From: Candidatus Eiseniibacteriota bacterium
Lineage (GTDB): Bacteria; Eisenbacteria; RBG-16-71-46
Reading direction: 5' to 3'
NCBI GenBank assembly: GCA_963725865.1
Contig: CAVSAC010000014.1
Coordinates: 1,408,001 to 1,472,000, forward strand
DNA: 64,000 nucleotides
The translations under genes were made by a program, and so were the position numbers. The notes below the pieces were generated by a model. That model did not search any database. It saw only the letters and a list, made by a program, of their open reading frames with translations, and had not been told where the DNA came from. This document shows, one piece after another, positions 19,363-29,699 of the stretch (the first letter of the stretch is position 1; the number at the start of each line of letters is the position of its first letter).

Positions 19363-21570
19363 ATGTCCCCGTCCTCACGTCGTGAGGCCCGCCACACCCC
19401 GTACCTGCGTCAGCCGCGCGTGTTCGATCCGCCGCGGTTGCCCGACGGCCATCGCGCCCCCGTCAGCGCGTACTTCGGCCGTCACGCGCTCGACCTGATC
19501 AAGCTGCGCGAGCGCCTGCCGCGCGAGGCCTATCAGTCGCTGATGAGCACGCTCCGCAGCGGCACGCCGCTGGCGCGCGAGACCGCCGAGACCATCGCCT
19601 CGGTCGCGCGCGAATGGGCCACGTCGCACGGCGCGACGCACTTCACGCACTGGTTCCAGCCGATGACCGGGCTGACCGCCGAGAAGCACGACAGCTTCGT
19701 CGACCTCAACGTGCAGATGACCGGGGAGCTGAAGGTGCTCGAGCGGTTCTCCGGCTCGCAGCTCTCGCAGAGCGAGCCGGACGCGTCGTCGTTCCCCTCG
19801 GGCGGCGTGCGCAGCACGTTCGAGGCGCGCGGCTACACCGCCTGGGATCCGTCGTCGCCGATGTTCCTGGTCGAGAGCATCAACGGCCGCACGCTGTGCA
19901 TTCCCTCGGTGTTCGTGAGCTACCACGGCGAGAGCCTCGACCACAAGACGCCGGTGCTGCGCGCGCTCGAGGGCCTGAGCAAGCACGCGGTCGCGTTCCT
20001 CAAGCTGCTCGGCGACGTCGACGTGCAGTCGGTCGGCTCCACGATGGGCTGCGAGCAGGAGTACTTCCTGGTCGACCGGGACCATTTCGCGCAGCGGCCG
20101 GACCTGGTGATGACCGACCGCACCCTGCTGGGCGCGGCGTCGGCGCGCGGGCAGCAGTTCGAGGATCACTACTTCGGCTCCATCCCGGCGCGCGTGCTCG
20201 CGTTCATGGAGGAGTTCGAGTTCGAGCTGCACCGCCTCGGCGTGCCGGTGAAGACGCGGCACAACGAGGTCGCGCCGATGCAGTTCGAGATGGCGCCGGT
20301 GTTCGAGGACGTGAACCTCGCGATCGACCACAACGCGCTCGCGATGGACATCATGCGGAAGGTCGCCCTGCGGCACCACTTCGTGTGCGTGCTCCACGAG
20401 AAGCCCTACGCCGGCATCAATGGCAGCGGCAAGCACTGCAACTGGAGCATGGTCACGGATCGCGGCGAGAATCTGCTCGATCCCGGCCGCACGCCGCACC
20501 AGAACCTGCGCTTCCTGGCGTTCATCGCCGGCTGCCTGAAGGCGGTGCACGACCACGCCGACGTGCTGCGCTGGTCGGTCTCGGGTCCGAACAACGACCT
20601 GCGGCTGGGTGCCAACGAGGCGCCGCCGGCGATCCTCAGCGTGTTCGTCGGCGACCTGCTCACCAAGATCATCGAGCGCATCGCGACCGGCGGGAAGATC
20701 GACGATCCCGAGCACTTCGTGATCGAGCTGGGCGTCGGCCGGGTGCCGCAGCTCGCGAAGGACAACACCGACCGCAACCGCACCTCGCCGTTCGCGTTCA
20801 CCGGGAACAAGTTCGAGTTCCGCGCGGTGGGCAGCAGCGCGAACACGGCGCAGCCGATGATGGTGCTGATCGCGTCGGTCGCCGACGCGCTGCGGCTGAT
20901 GAGCGCGCGGCTCGAGGCCAAGATCAAGAGCGGCACCGTGCGCGACCAGGCGGTGCTGGAGCTGCTGCGCGAGGTCTTCACCGAGACCTCGCCGGTGCGC
21001 TTCGAGGGCAACGGCTACTCCGAGGAGTGGAAGGCCGAGGCCCGGAAGCGCGGGCTCCCGAACCTGCCCGAGACGCCGACCTCGATCGCCGCGGTGCAGG
21101 ATCCCAGGCGCACCGCGTTCCTGCGCGAGCTGGGCGTGTTCAACGAGCGCGAGATCGCGAGCCGCTTCAACGTCGCGCTCGAGCGCTACATCAAGACCGT
21201 CACGCTCGAGGCCGAGACGATGGTCGAGCTGCTCACCACTTTCGTGGTACCGGCCGGCGAGAAGCAGATCATCGCGTCCGCCGCGGCGGCCGCCGCGGTG
21301 AAGGACGTGGCAGGCGCGCCGTCGCTGTCGGGCCGCGTGAAGGCCGTGGCGCAGGGGCTCGGCGAGGTGGTGGACAGCCTCGAGCGGCTGAGGGCGGCGC
21401 TGGCGGAGGCCGACGCCATGCACGAGGAGATGGAGGAGGCGCGGCTGCTGTCGAGCCGCGTGCGTCCCGCGATGGACGAGGCCCGCGCCGCGGCCGACCA
21501 CCTGGAGCACCTGGTGGACGACGGCCTGTGGGGGCTGCCGAAGTACCGCGAGATGCTGTTCGTGAAGTAG
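19363..21570 (+). CDS. glnN: Glutamine synthetase type III
   Basis: THFTHWFQPMTGLTAEKHDSF, EPDASSFPSGG, RHNEVAP, HEKPYAGINGSGKH, DRNRTSPFAFTGNKFEFRAVGS and LPKYREMLF. AGGAG RBS. Confidence 0.96.
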   Translation: MSPSSRREARHTPYLRQPRVFDPPRLPDGHRAPVSAYFGRHALDLIKLRERLPREAYQSLMSTLRSGTPLARETAETIASVAREWATSHGATHFTHWFQPMTGLTAEKHDSFVDLNVQMTGELKVLERFSGSQLSQSEPDASSFPSGGVRSTFEARGYTAWDPSSPMFLVESINGRTLCIPSVFVSYHGESLDHKTPVLRALEGLSKHAVAFLKLLGDVDVQSVGSTMGCEQEYFLVDRDHFAQRPDLVMTDRTLLGAASARGQQFEDHYFGSIPARVLAFMEEFEFELHRLGVPVKTRHNEVAPMQFEMAPVFEDVNLAIDHNALAMDIMRKVALRHHFVCVLHEKPYAGINGSGKHCNWSMVTDRGENLLDPGRTPHQNLRFLAFIAGCLKAVHDHADVLRWSVSGPNNDLRLGANEAPPAILSVFVGDLLTKIIERIATGGKIDDPEHFVIELGVGRVPQLAKDNTDRNRTSPFAFTGNKFEFRAVGSSANTAQPMMVLIASVADALRLMSARLEAKIKSGTVRDQAVLELLREVFTETSPVRFEGNGYSEEWKAEARKRGLPNLPETPTSIAAVQDPRRTAFLRELGVFNEREIASRFNVALERYIKTVTLEAETMVELLTTFVVPAGEKQIIASAAAAAAVKDVAGAPSLSGRVKAVAQGLGEVVDSLERLRAALAEADAMHEEMEEARLLSSRVRPAMDEARAAADHLEHLVDDGLWGLPKYREMLFVK

Positions 21571-21581
21571 CCGCGCATCAC

Positions 21582-21612
21582 GGGGGCCGGGCACGACGCC
21601 CGGCCCTTCGTG
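21582..21612 (+). terminator. Hairpin downstream of glutamine synthetase
   Basis: GGGCCGGGC-ACGAC-GCCCGGCCC followed by TTCGTG. Confidence 0.6.
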
Positions 21613-21627
21613 TCTCCGGAGGAGCAC

Positions 21628-22230
21628 ATGCCCAAGCGCGATGAGAGCGGGCGCTGCCCGTGGGCGACCAGCCAGGAGTTCTACGTCCGCTACCACGACG
21701 AGGAGTGGGGCGTGCCGGTGCACGACGACCGGCGGCTGTTCGAGTTCCTGATCCTCGAGGGCGCGCAGGCGGGGCTCTCGTGGGCCACCATCCTCAAGAA
21801 GCGCGACGCCTACCGCAAGGCGTTCGCCGGTTTCGACCCGGCGAAGGTGGCGCGCTTCGGCGCCCGCGACGTGACGCGCCTGCTGGGCGACGCCGGGATC
21901 GTGCGCAACCGGCTCAAGATCGAGTCCGCGGTCTCGAACGCGCGCGCGTTCCTCGAGGCCCAGGCGCGCTTCGGTTCGTTCGACGCCTACATCTGGTCGT
22001 TCGTGGACGGCAAGCCGCTGGTGAACCGCTTCGAGTCCCTGAAGCAGCTCCCGCCGCGCACCGCGCTGTCGGACCGCCTCAGCAAGGATCTCCAGCAGCG
22101 CGGCTTCCGGTTCGTGGGCTCGACCATCGTGTACGCCCACATGCAGGCGACCGGGATGGTGAACGATCACCTGACCGGCTGCTTCCGCTGGCGCGAGTGC
22201 CAGACGCTGGCGAAGTCGAAGCCGCGCTGA
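21628..22230 (+). CDS. tag: DNA-3-methyladenine glycosylase I
   Basis: RCPWA, YHDEEWG, LEGAQAGLSW, IVRNRLKI and MQATGMVNDHL..C. Confidence 0.96.
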   Translation: MPKRDESGRCPWATSQEFYVRYHDEEWGVPVHDDRRLFEFLILEGAQAGLSWATILKKRDAYRKAFAGFDPAKVARFGARDVTRLLGDAGIVRNRLKIESAVSNARAFLEAQARFGSFDAYIWSFVDGKPLVNRFESLKQLPPRTALSDRLSKDLQQRGFRFVGSTIVYAHMQATGMVNDHLTGCFRWRECQTLAKSKPR

Positions 22231-22308
22231 GGTCGTGACCCGAGCGCCGCGGCGGCTCGCGGTGCGCCGCGGCGACGCGCGGTCCGCGCCACGCCGGGGG
22301 CGGCCGGC

Positions 22309-23607
22309 TCAGACGGCGGGCAGGCTCAGCGTGAACGTGCAGCCCTGACCGGCCTCGCTGTGCGCGCGCAGCTCGCCGCTCATGCCCTCGGCGAGCCGGC
22401 GGGCGAGCGCCAGCCCCATCCCCATGCCGCCCACCACGCGGGTCGCGGAGCCATCGAGCTGCTCGAACGCGGTGAACAGGGTGCCCATGCGCTCGAGGGG
22501 CACGCCGTCGCCCTCGTCGGTCACCGCGATCTCCACGCGGTGGCCGCCCGCGCCCACGCCGGCGCACGCGCGCAGGTGGATCGGCGTGCCGGGCCGGGTG
22601 AACTTGAGCGCGTTGTCGATCAGCTCGTTGAGGATCAGGTGCACGTGCACCGGATCGGCGCTCACCGCCGGCAGCTCCGCGTCACGCGCGTAGTGGAACG
22701 GATGCAGGCTGGCGACCACGCCCGGGCGTCGCGCGGCATGGAGATCGTCGAGCCGGCTGGCGAGGTCCACGGTCTCGAGCCGGGCCTCGAGGCGGCCCTC
22801 GACGGAGTCCGAGAACGTCAGCAGCTTCTCGAGCAGCGCCTTCAGGTCGAGCGCGCGCTCGTGCGCGGATGCCAGCATCGGAGTCGCGATCTCGGCCGGC
22901 GGCTGCGAGTCGAGCACGCAGTCCAGCGTGGCGAGCACCACGGTGAGCGGCGTGCGCAGCTCGTGGTTCACGTTGCTGAGGAACTGCGACTTGAGCCGCG
23001 CGGTCGCCTCCAGGTGCTCGTTGGTCTCGCGCAGTTGCCGGTTGGCTTCGAGCACGCGGTGGTAGAGGCGCATGTTCTGGAGCGCCATCCCGACCAGGCC
23101 GAGCGCCGCCTGCAGCACGCGCATCTCGCGCTCTGTCCACGGCTCGCCGGTCATGCGGGAGCCCAGCGCCAGCCAGCCCACCAGCTCGCCGCGGCCGTGC
23201 AGCGGACCCAGCACCTCGATCGCCGCCTGCCGCAGCGCGCGCGCCTCGGCGGCCGAGGTGCTCGCGAGCAGCGAGGCCGTCATGGCGGGCGAGTGGGAAT
23301 TCGCGAAGCGCTTCCGCAGCGCGCGATGGCAGTCCTCGTGCGCGGCCTCCAGCGCCGGACGGCTGAAGCCGTGACAGTGCACCAGCACCGGCGGGCGCTG
23401 CGGGTCCTCGTCGAGCAGCCACAGCGCGGAACGCGCGGTGCCGAACTGCCCCATCAGGTTGAGCAGGAGCTGCTCACCGGTCTGGAACAGGTCCAGCGAC
23501 GTTCCCATCTCGCAGCCGAGCTCGAGCAGCGACTCGAGCGCATGCGCGTACTGCATGCCCTGTTCGTCCGCGCGCGGCGCGGCCGGCCCCGGTGCCCGAT
23601 CGGTCAT
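22309..23607 (-). CDS. GAF-domain sensor histidine kinase (orphan in this window)
   Basis: H-box HELRTPL, N-box LIDNALKF, G-boxes DEGDG and GMGMGL. Start is approximate. Confidence 0.9.
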   Translation of the reverse strand: MTDRAPGPAAPRADEQGMQYAHALESLLELGCEMGTSLDLFQTGEQLLLNLMGQFGTARSALWLLDEDPQRPPVLVHCHGFSRPALEAAHEDCHRALRKRFANSHSPAMTASLLASTSAAEARALRQAAIEVLGPLHGRGELVGWLALGSRMTGEPWTEREMRVLQAALGLVGMALQNMRLYHRVLEANRQLRETNEHLEATARLKSQFLSNVNHELRTPLTVVLATLDCVLDSQPPAEIATPMLASAHERALDLKALLEKLLTFSDSVEGRLEARLETVDLASRLDDLHAARRPGVVASLHPFHYARDAELPAVSADPVHVHLILNELIDNALKFTRPGTPIHLRACAGVGAGGHRVEIAVTDEGDGVPLERMGTLFTAFEQLDGSATRVVGGMGMGLALARRLAEGMSGELRAHSEAGQGCTFTLSLPAV

Positions 23608-23855
23608 CCGGTCGCGACCTGTGCGGGGCGGACGCGCGCCAGGGCGGCGCGCTGGCCCGGATCGGAGGCGGCATCGCGGGACGCCGACTCCTGGCCGTCG
23701 CGGGCGCGACGAGCGAGTCGCAGGGGCCTCACACGAGAGAGCCGGAGTCCGTTCCGAAGGGAGCGCATCGGCAGCGTTATCGGCCCCGCCCGCGGCCGAC
23801 TTGACCGGCACCCCGGGCGTTCGGCGGCGCCCCGCACGCGTCCCTCGCGTCGCTC

Positions 23856-24659
23856 ATGTATCCTGCCAGCGTGCTCAGCCTCTTCGACCACGTGCTGGCG
23901 CTGGTGCTCGCGGTGGTGTTCCCGCTGCGCGCCGCGCTGTTCGGGCTCCGACGCCTGCGGCGGGCTCCGGAAGGCGAGCGGCCGCGGGTGCGCCGGCGGA
24001 TCTACGCCGAGGCGATGGCGATCCAGTGGATCCTGGCGCTCACGGTGCTCGGTGGGTGGGCGGTACTGGCGCGCGACCTCGACGGCCTCGGGCTGGTGGT
24101 CCACACGGGCCGCGGGTTCGTCGCGATGGCGCTGGCCGCCGTCGTGGTGGTGGTGGTGCTCGCGACCCACCTGGTCACCGCCCGTCGCAGCGACGCCACG
24201 CTGGAGCGCGTGCTCGAGCGCGTGGGTCCGATCGAGGCGATGCTGCCGCACGGCGCGGCCGACCTGCGCGGATTCCGCTGGGTCGCGCTCACCGCGGGCG
24301 TGTGCGAGGAGCTGCTCTACCGCGGTTACCTGATCTGGTACCTCGCCCACGGGATGTCGATGCCGTGGGCGCTGGCGATCGCCAGCGCGATCTTCGGCCT
24401 CGGGCACCTCTACCAGGGCTGGCGCGGCGTGCTCACGACCGGCGCGCTGGGCGCGCTGCTCGCGCTGGTGTACGTGGTCTCGGGCTCGCTCGTGCTCGGC
24501 ATGCTCGTGCACATGGCGATCGACCTGCACGCGGGGCAACTGGCCCACGCGGCGTTCGCCTGGGACGCGCGGCGCGCCGAGGCCGCGGCACTGGCGCGAG
24601 CACACGAGTGGGACGCCCCGGCGGAGCCTCCCGTCGCGCCGGCCGGGACCGCGACATGA
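23856..24659 (+). CDS. CPBP (Abi/CAAX) family intramembrane glutamic protease
   Basis: AGVCEELLYRG, FGLGHLYQG and HMAID motifs. Confidence 0.9.
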   Translation: MYPASVLSLFDHVLALVLAVVFPLRAALFGLRRLRRAPEGERPRVRRRIYAEAMAIQWILALTVLGGWAVLARDLDGLGLVVHTGRGFVAMALAAVVVVVVLATHLVTARRSDATLERVLERVGPIEAMLPHGAADLRGFRWVALTAGVCEELLYRGYLIWYLAHGMSMPWALAIASAIFGLGHLYQGWRGVLTTGALGALLALVYVVSGSLVLGMLVHMAIDLHAGQLAHAAFAWDARRAEAAALARAHEWDAPAEPPVAPAGTAT

Positions 24660-25804
24660 GCCGCACCTACGACGCCATCGTGGTGGGACTCGGCGCCACG
24701 GGGGGCAGCACCTGCGCGGAGCTGGCGGCGCGCGGCCTGCGGGTGCTGGGGCTCGATCGCTATCGGCCGCCGCACACGCACGGCTCCTCGCACGGCGAGA
24801 CCCGCATCATCCGCGAGGCGTACTTCGAGCATCCGCTCTACGTCCCGATGCTGCAACGCGCCTACGAGCGCTGGTCGGAGCTGGAGCACCTCACGCAGCG
24901 CACGCTGTTCCAGCGCACCGGCGGATTGATGATCGGCCCGCCGGACGGCGAGCTGATCACCGGCGTGCTGCGCAGCGCGGTCAGCCACGCGCTCCCGTAC
25001 GAGCTGCTCGACGCGCGGGCGCTGCGCGAGCGCCACCCCGAGCTGAGGCCCACGGACGACATGGTCGCGATCGCCGAGCCGCGCGCCGGGCTGCTGTTCG
25101 CGGAGTCCTGCATCGGCGCGTACCTCGACCTGGCGGCCGAGCGGGGCGCCGAGCTGCACCACGACGAGCAGGTGACGAGCTGGTCCGCCGCCGCCGACAC
25201 GGTGACGGTCGAGACCGTGTTCGCGCGCTACGAGGCCGCGCACCTGGTGCTCGCGGCGGGGCCGTGGGCCGCGCGCCTGACGCCCGAGCTGGGACTGCCC
25301 CTCACCGTCGAGCGCAACGTGCAGTTCTGGTTCGAGCCCGCGGATCCGGAGCGCTTCGATCCCACGCGCTTTCCGGTGTTCCTCCTGGAGTACGCGCCGG
25401 GCGCCTTCTGCTACGGCTTCCCCGCGATCGCGGGCGCGGTGAAGGTGGCGCGCCACGGCTCCGGTGAGCAGGTCGATCCCGACGCGCCGCGGCGGCCGGT
25501 GGGCGCCGACGAGATCGAGGCGCTGCGCGTGCTGCTGCGCCGCTTCCTGCCCGCGGCCGACGGACGGTTGCGCCGCACCGAGACCTGCCTGTACACGAAC
25601 GCGCCCGACGGCCACTTCGTCCTCGACCGCTACCCCGGGTATCCCGCGGTGACGATCGCGAGCGCCTGCTCGGGCCACGGATTCAAGTTCTCGAGCGTGC
25701 TGGGCGAGGTGGTCGCCGACCTGGCGCTCACCGGACGCTCCCGTTTCGACCTGAGCCTGTTCAGGCTCGCGCGGCTGCGCCGCGCGGGCGGGCTGGCCAG
25801 CTGA
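24656..25804 (+). CDS. solA: N-methyl-L-tryptophan oxidase / monomeric sarcosine oxidase family
   Basis: GLGATG FAD motif, GSSHGETRIIR, CLYT..PDGHF and CSGHGFKF. ATGA overlap with the upstream gene. Confidence 0.92.
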   Translation: MSRTYDAIVVGLGATGGSTCAELAARGLRVLGLDRYRPPHTHGSSHGETRIIREAYFEHPLYVPMLQRAYERWSELEHLTQRTLFQRTGGLMIGPPDGELITGVLRSAVSHALPYELLDARALRERHPELRPTDDMVAIAEPRAGLLFAESCIGAYLDLAAERGAELHHDEQVTSWSAAADTVTVETVFARYEAAHLVLAAGPWAARLTPELGLPLTVERNVQFWFEPADPERFDPTRFPVFLLEYAPGAFCYGFPAIAGAVKVARHGSGEQVDPDAPRRPVGADEIEALRVLLRRFLPAADGRLRRTETCLYTNAPDGHFVLDRYPGYPAVTIASACSGHGFKFSSVLGEVVADLALTGRSRFDLSLFRLARLRRAGGLAS

Positions 25805-25821
25805 TTCGGAGGAGGAACCGC

Positions 25822-27171
25822 ATGCACGGTCGCACCCGGAGTCTCGCGTGGTTGGCGCTGGCCGCGCTCACGCTGTCGTGCGCGTCCTCGGAGCAGCTCA
25901 CCCGCCGCAGCGCGCAGCTGCTGGTGCAGGGGGACGCCCGCCGCGCGTACGACACCGCGCTCGGCGCGCTCGAGAAGGACGCGACCAACGACGCCGCCCG
26001 CGGGGCGCTCGGCGCCGCCGGCGCGTCGCTGCTGTCGGACGCGCGCACGCGCTTCTACGACCTGCTGCCGCTCGATACCCTCGGCGCCGCGCGCGTCGCG
26101 CTCGACGTCGACCAGGTGAACGGCACGCTCGCGCGCTGGCACGCGGCGGTGCCGGCCGACACCTCGTTCGCCACTGACCGGCGCCACGCCAAGGAGGCGG
26201 TCGCCGCCGACTTCGTCGCGATGGCCGCCGACAGCGTCCACGAGCGCCGGCCGCGGCCCGCGTACCGGCTGCTCGAGGAGGCGGCCCGCTACGATCCCCA
26301 GCGGCGCGGGCTCGACGAGCGCCTCCGCCGCACGTTCGAGCTCGCGGTCGACCGCGTGGCGGTGCTGCCGTTCGATCAGCAGATCGACCAGCCGCCGCTC
26401 GCGCGCGGCCTGGCCGATCAGCTCGCCACGGCGCTGCGCAAGCGCATCGCCGACCGCTCGCTCACGTTCACGCGCCTGATCGAGCCCGCGCGGGTCGACG
26501 CGCGCATGACGGTCTCGCAGCTCGACGGGATGTCGCGCACCGAGGCGATCCAGCTCGGGCGCGACCTGGGTGCCAACGTGGTGGTGTGGGGACGGCTGCG
26601 CGACGCGGGCTCGGACAGCTACACGACGACGTACCGCGAGCCCATCTGGCACCGCGTCACCGATCGCGACCCCGAAGGCAAGGAGCGCGAGCGCTGGATG
26701 CAGGTGCCCTTCGAGACCGTGGTGCGCGAGCGCGTGTACCACCTGCGCTGGGACCTGCGCCTGCTCGACACCGACGAGGAGCTGACGCTGGCGGAGCGCG
26801 GGGAGCCGCGCGAGGTGCGGGTGCGCAGCGTGTGGACCAACCTGCGGCCCGACGACGATCCGGGCCGCTACGCCCTGATGCCGCCGCACGAGCGCGAGCA
26901 GGATCCCGACCGCGCGAAGCGCGTAGAGAAGGAGTGGGGCGACACCGCCGGGCGCTGGACGGTACCCGCGCTGCTGGCGCGCGCGCGCGCCGCGAACGCG
27001 TCCTCGCGCGCGAGCTACCGCCACGAGTACCGCGGCGAGTTCGAGCGCGCCGATCCCGGGATGCCGGTCTTCTGCGGCGACCTGCCCGGCAACGACGATC
27101 TCGCGTGGATCGCGCTGCGCGGCATCGACGAGGAGTTCCTGGAGATGATCCGGGACCTCGACCGCCGGTGA
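25822..27171 (+). CDS. Hypothetical lipoprotein (TPR-like N-terminus, CsgG/TolB-N-like alpha/beta domain)
   Basis: GGAGGAGG RBS, lipobox LTLSC and the RVAVLPF...LGANVVVWG pattern. Confidence 0.7.
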   Translation: MHGRTRSLAWLALAALTLSCASSEQLTRRSAQLLVQGDARRAYDTALGALEKDATNDAARGALGAAGASLLSDARTRFYDLLPLDTLGAARVALDVDQVNGTLARWHAAVPADTSFATDRRHAKEAVAADFVAMAADSVHERRPRPAYRLLEEAARYDPQRRGLDERLRRTFELAVDRVAVLPFDQQIDQPPLARGLADQLATALRKRIADRSLTFTRLIEPARVDARMTVSQLDGMSRTEAIQLGRDLGANVVVWGRLRDAGSDSYTTTYREPIWHRVTDRDPEGKERERWMQVPFETVVRERVYHLRWDLRLLDTDEELTLAERGEPREVRVRSVWTNLRPDDDPGRYALMPPHEREQDPDRAKRVEKEWGDTAGRWTVPALLARARAANASSRASYRHEYRGEFERADPGMPVFCGDLPGNDDLAWIALRGIDEEFLEMIRDLDRR

Positions 27172-27214
27172 GCGCGGCCGCCCGCTCGCGCATCCGGCGC
27201 CGGCGCCCGCTGCG

Positions 27215-28615
27215 GTGAGCGCGGCGCCGCCCGCGCCGGTCGCCGGCGACGGGCCGGTGCGCGGCGCGCTGCTGCGCCTCGCGCTGCCGGTGCTCGCGTC
27301 GCAGCTGCTGCGCATCGCGTTCCAGTGGGTCGACGCGCTGTGGGTGCGCGGGCTCGGCGTCGAGGCGACCGCGGCGGTCACCTCGTCGGTGTTCGTGATG
27401 TGGTGGGTGTACGCGGTCAACGACGTGTTCACGATCGGCATGGCCGCGTTCGTGAGCCAGCTGCTGGGCGCCGGCGACCGCGCGCGCGCGGGCCACGCCG
27501 CGTGGATCGGCACCCGCGCGTCGGCGGTGGCGGGCCTGGCGGTCACCGTGGTCGGCCTGCTGTGGGCGCGCGATCTCTATCGCCTGATGGGCGGTGATGC
27601 GCGCGTGGTGGAGCAGGGCGGGCGCTACCTCTCGATCATCCTGGCGTTCGCGCCGATCCCGATGGTGGCGCTGGCGTGCGAGAGCGTGATGCGCGCCGCG
27701 GGCGACACCCGCACGCCGCTGCTGCTCGACCTTGGCGCGGTGACGCTCAACGCGCTGCTCGACCCGCTGCTGATCTACGGCGCCGGTCCGCTGCCGGCGC
27801 TCGGCGTCCGCGGCGCCGCGTGGGCGACCGTGGCCGCGCAGGCCCTGCTGGCCGCGAGCTACCTGGCGCTCGCCGCGCGCCACCATCCGGCGCTGCCGTT
27901 CGCGCGCCGCGCGCCGGGTCCGCCGCTGCGACTGGCGGCGATGGCGCGGGTGGGCCTGCCGACCGCGCTGTCGGGCACGCTGTGGTCCACCGTCTACCTG
28001 GTGTTCTCGCGTGCCGCGGCCCCCGAGGGCGCCGCCGCCATCGCGGTCGTGGGCATCTCGAACCGCATCGAGGCGCTGGTGTTCGTGTGCGCGATCGCGA
28101 CCGGGCTCGCCGGCGCCACGCTGGTCGGCCAGAGCCTCGGCGCTGGCCGCCCCGAGCGCGCGATGGCGGTGATCCGCACCGGCATGGTCTGGATGGGCTG
28201 GCTGTCGCTGGCGGTCTCGCTCGGCGTGTTCCTGTGGCCGCAGGGATTCCTGACGCTGTTCTCGCGCGACCCGGAAGTGCTGCGCATCGGCACCCCGTAC
28301 CTGCGCGTGCTCGCGCTGTGCTTCGTGCCGACCGGGATGGAGCTGGTCATCGCCGAGAGCATCCAGGGCTCCGGGCACACCACGACGGTGTCGGCGATCT
28401 ACACCATCACCTCGCTGGTGCGCATCCCGCTCGCCTTCCTCGTGACGCGGGAGTGGGGGATGGGGGTGACCGGCATCGCTTGGGTGATCACGCTGACGTG
28501 CGTGGTCCGCACGATCGTGCTGCTCGCGTGGGTGCTGCGCGGCTCGTGGACGCGCGGCCTCGCGCGCGAGCTGCACGGCGCGCCGTCGCTGCCGGAACGC
28601 GCCGAGGCGTCCTGA
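27215..28615 (+). CDS. MATE family efflux transporter
   Basis: LRLALP, VSQLLGAGD, RAAGDTRTP, LDPLLIYG, LGVRGAAWAT and VGQSLGAG. Confidence 0.93.
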   Translation: MSAAPPAPVAGDGPVRGALLRLALPVLASQLLRIAFQWVDALWVRGLGVEATAAVTSSVFVMWWVYAVNDVFTIGMAAFVSQLLGAGDRARAGHAAWIGTRASAVAGLAVTVVGLLWARDLYRLMGGDARVVEQGGRYLSIILAFAPIPMVALACESVMRAAGDTRTPLLLDLGAVTLNALLDPLLIYGAGPLPALGVRGAAWATVAAQALLAASYLALAARHHPALPFARRAPGPPLRLAAMARVGLPTALSGTLWSTVYLVFSRAAAPEGAAAIAVVGISNRIEALVFVCAIATGLAGATLVGQSLGAGRPERAMAVIRTGMVWMGWLSLAVSLGVFLWPQGFLTLFSRDPEVLRIGTPYLRVLALCFVPTGMELVIAESIQGSGHTTTVSAIYTITSLVRIPLAFLVTREWGMGVTGIAWVITLTCVVRTIVLLAWVLRGSWTRGLARELHGAPSLPERAEAS

Positions 28616-28904
28616 CCGCGGTGCGCCCCCGCGGCGAGCCGCCCCACGCCGTGCCCCGGCAGCGACGCGGCGGGCGTCGTCCCGCGGCGGGCCCGGTGTC
28701 CGGCGGATGAAAACTCCGCGGGATCCGCGCGGAGAGCGCTGGAATCCACCCGCGCGCGGGCGCACCATCCGCAACAGCGGCGCGCGTCGATCGTCCATTT
28801 CGATGAGGACGCACGAGGCGGGAACGGCTGGGCCAGGGACGAGTCCGGGAAGCGCGAGGGACGCCGGAAGTGCCGCGGCCGCGTCGGACGAAAGGAGTGT
28901 CGAG

Positions 28905-29471
28905 ATGAAGTGCGACAGGCGCGCGGGAAGCGCGGGGCGGAGCGTGCTGGTGCTGGCCCTGCTTGCGACATCGCTGCTGGTCGCGGCGCCGAGCCACGCC
29001 GCCGGCCACGGGGGCCGGAACGGGGTGGCGCGTGCCGCCTACCACGGCGGCGCCGGCTTCCACGGCGGCGCCGGCTTCCACGGCGCGCGAATCTACGGCG
29101 GCGGGCGCCACTGGGGCGGCGGCGGGTATCGCTACGGGCGGCCGCGCACGACGTTTCGACTCGGGATCGGACTCGGCTACGGCTTCGGCTATGGCTACTA
29201 CGGCCCGCGCCCGTACTACTACGGCGCGCCGTATCCGGTCTACGTCGAGCGGCCGGTGATCGTCGAGCGATCCGGGATCACGAACGATCCGCCGGCCGGC
29301 TACGAGTACTACGACCCCTATTGTGAGCGGCGCTTCGCGACGCTGGACCACTACCTCGATCATCTGAGGGACTTCGACCACCCGAAGAAGATCGAGGTGA
29401 TCGAGCGCGACTCCGACACGAGCGTGCACACGTACGAGTACGTGCGCGGCGACTGGCGGGTCGCGGACTGA
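28905..29471 (+). CDS. Secreted Gly/Tyr-rich hypothetical protein
   Basis: AAGGAG RBS before ATG 28905, a signal peptide, and HGGAGF repeats encoded by an 18-bp tandem at 29042-29085. Confidence 0.75.
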   Translation: MKCDRRAGSAGRSVLVLALLATSLLVAAPSHAAGHGGRNGVARAAYHGGAGFHGGAGFHGARIYGGGRHWGGGGYRYGRPRTTFRLGIGLGYGFGYGYYGPRPYYYGAPYPVYVERPVIVERSGITNDPPAGYEYYDPYCERRFATLDHYLDHLRDFDHPKKIEVIERDSDTSVHTYEYVRGDWRVAD

Positions 29472-29699
29472 GACCCGGCGGAACGCCGGGCGGGCGAGGC
29501 CGCAACCTCCTCGCGAGCGGCCCCGGATGCGCCTGCTTCCGGGGCCGACTTCATGCGGGCCGCCGCGCGTTTCCGCACCGGCGCCCGTGCTAGACTGCGC
29601 CCGCTCGGCGCGTGCGACCGCCACGCGACGGGACCACCTCGCGTCTCGCGCCTCAGCCGTCTCGCGATCCCAGCCCTCTGACCGGAGCGCGCTCACCGC

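Noticed and set aside
29042..29085. 18-bp tandem repeat as a regulatory or phase-variable element
   Set aside because: It is an in-frame coding repeat (HGGAGF) within a Gly-rich region.
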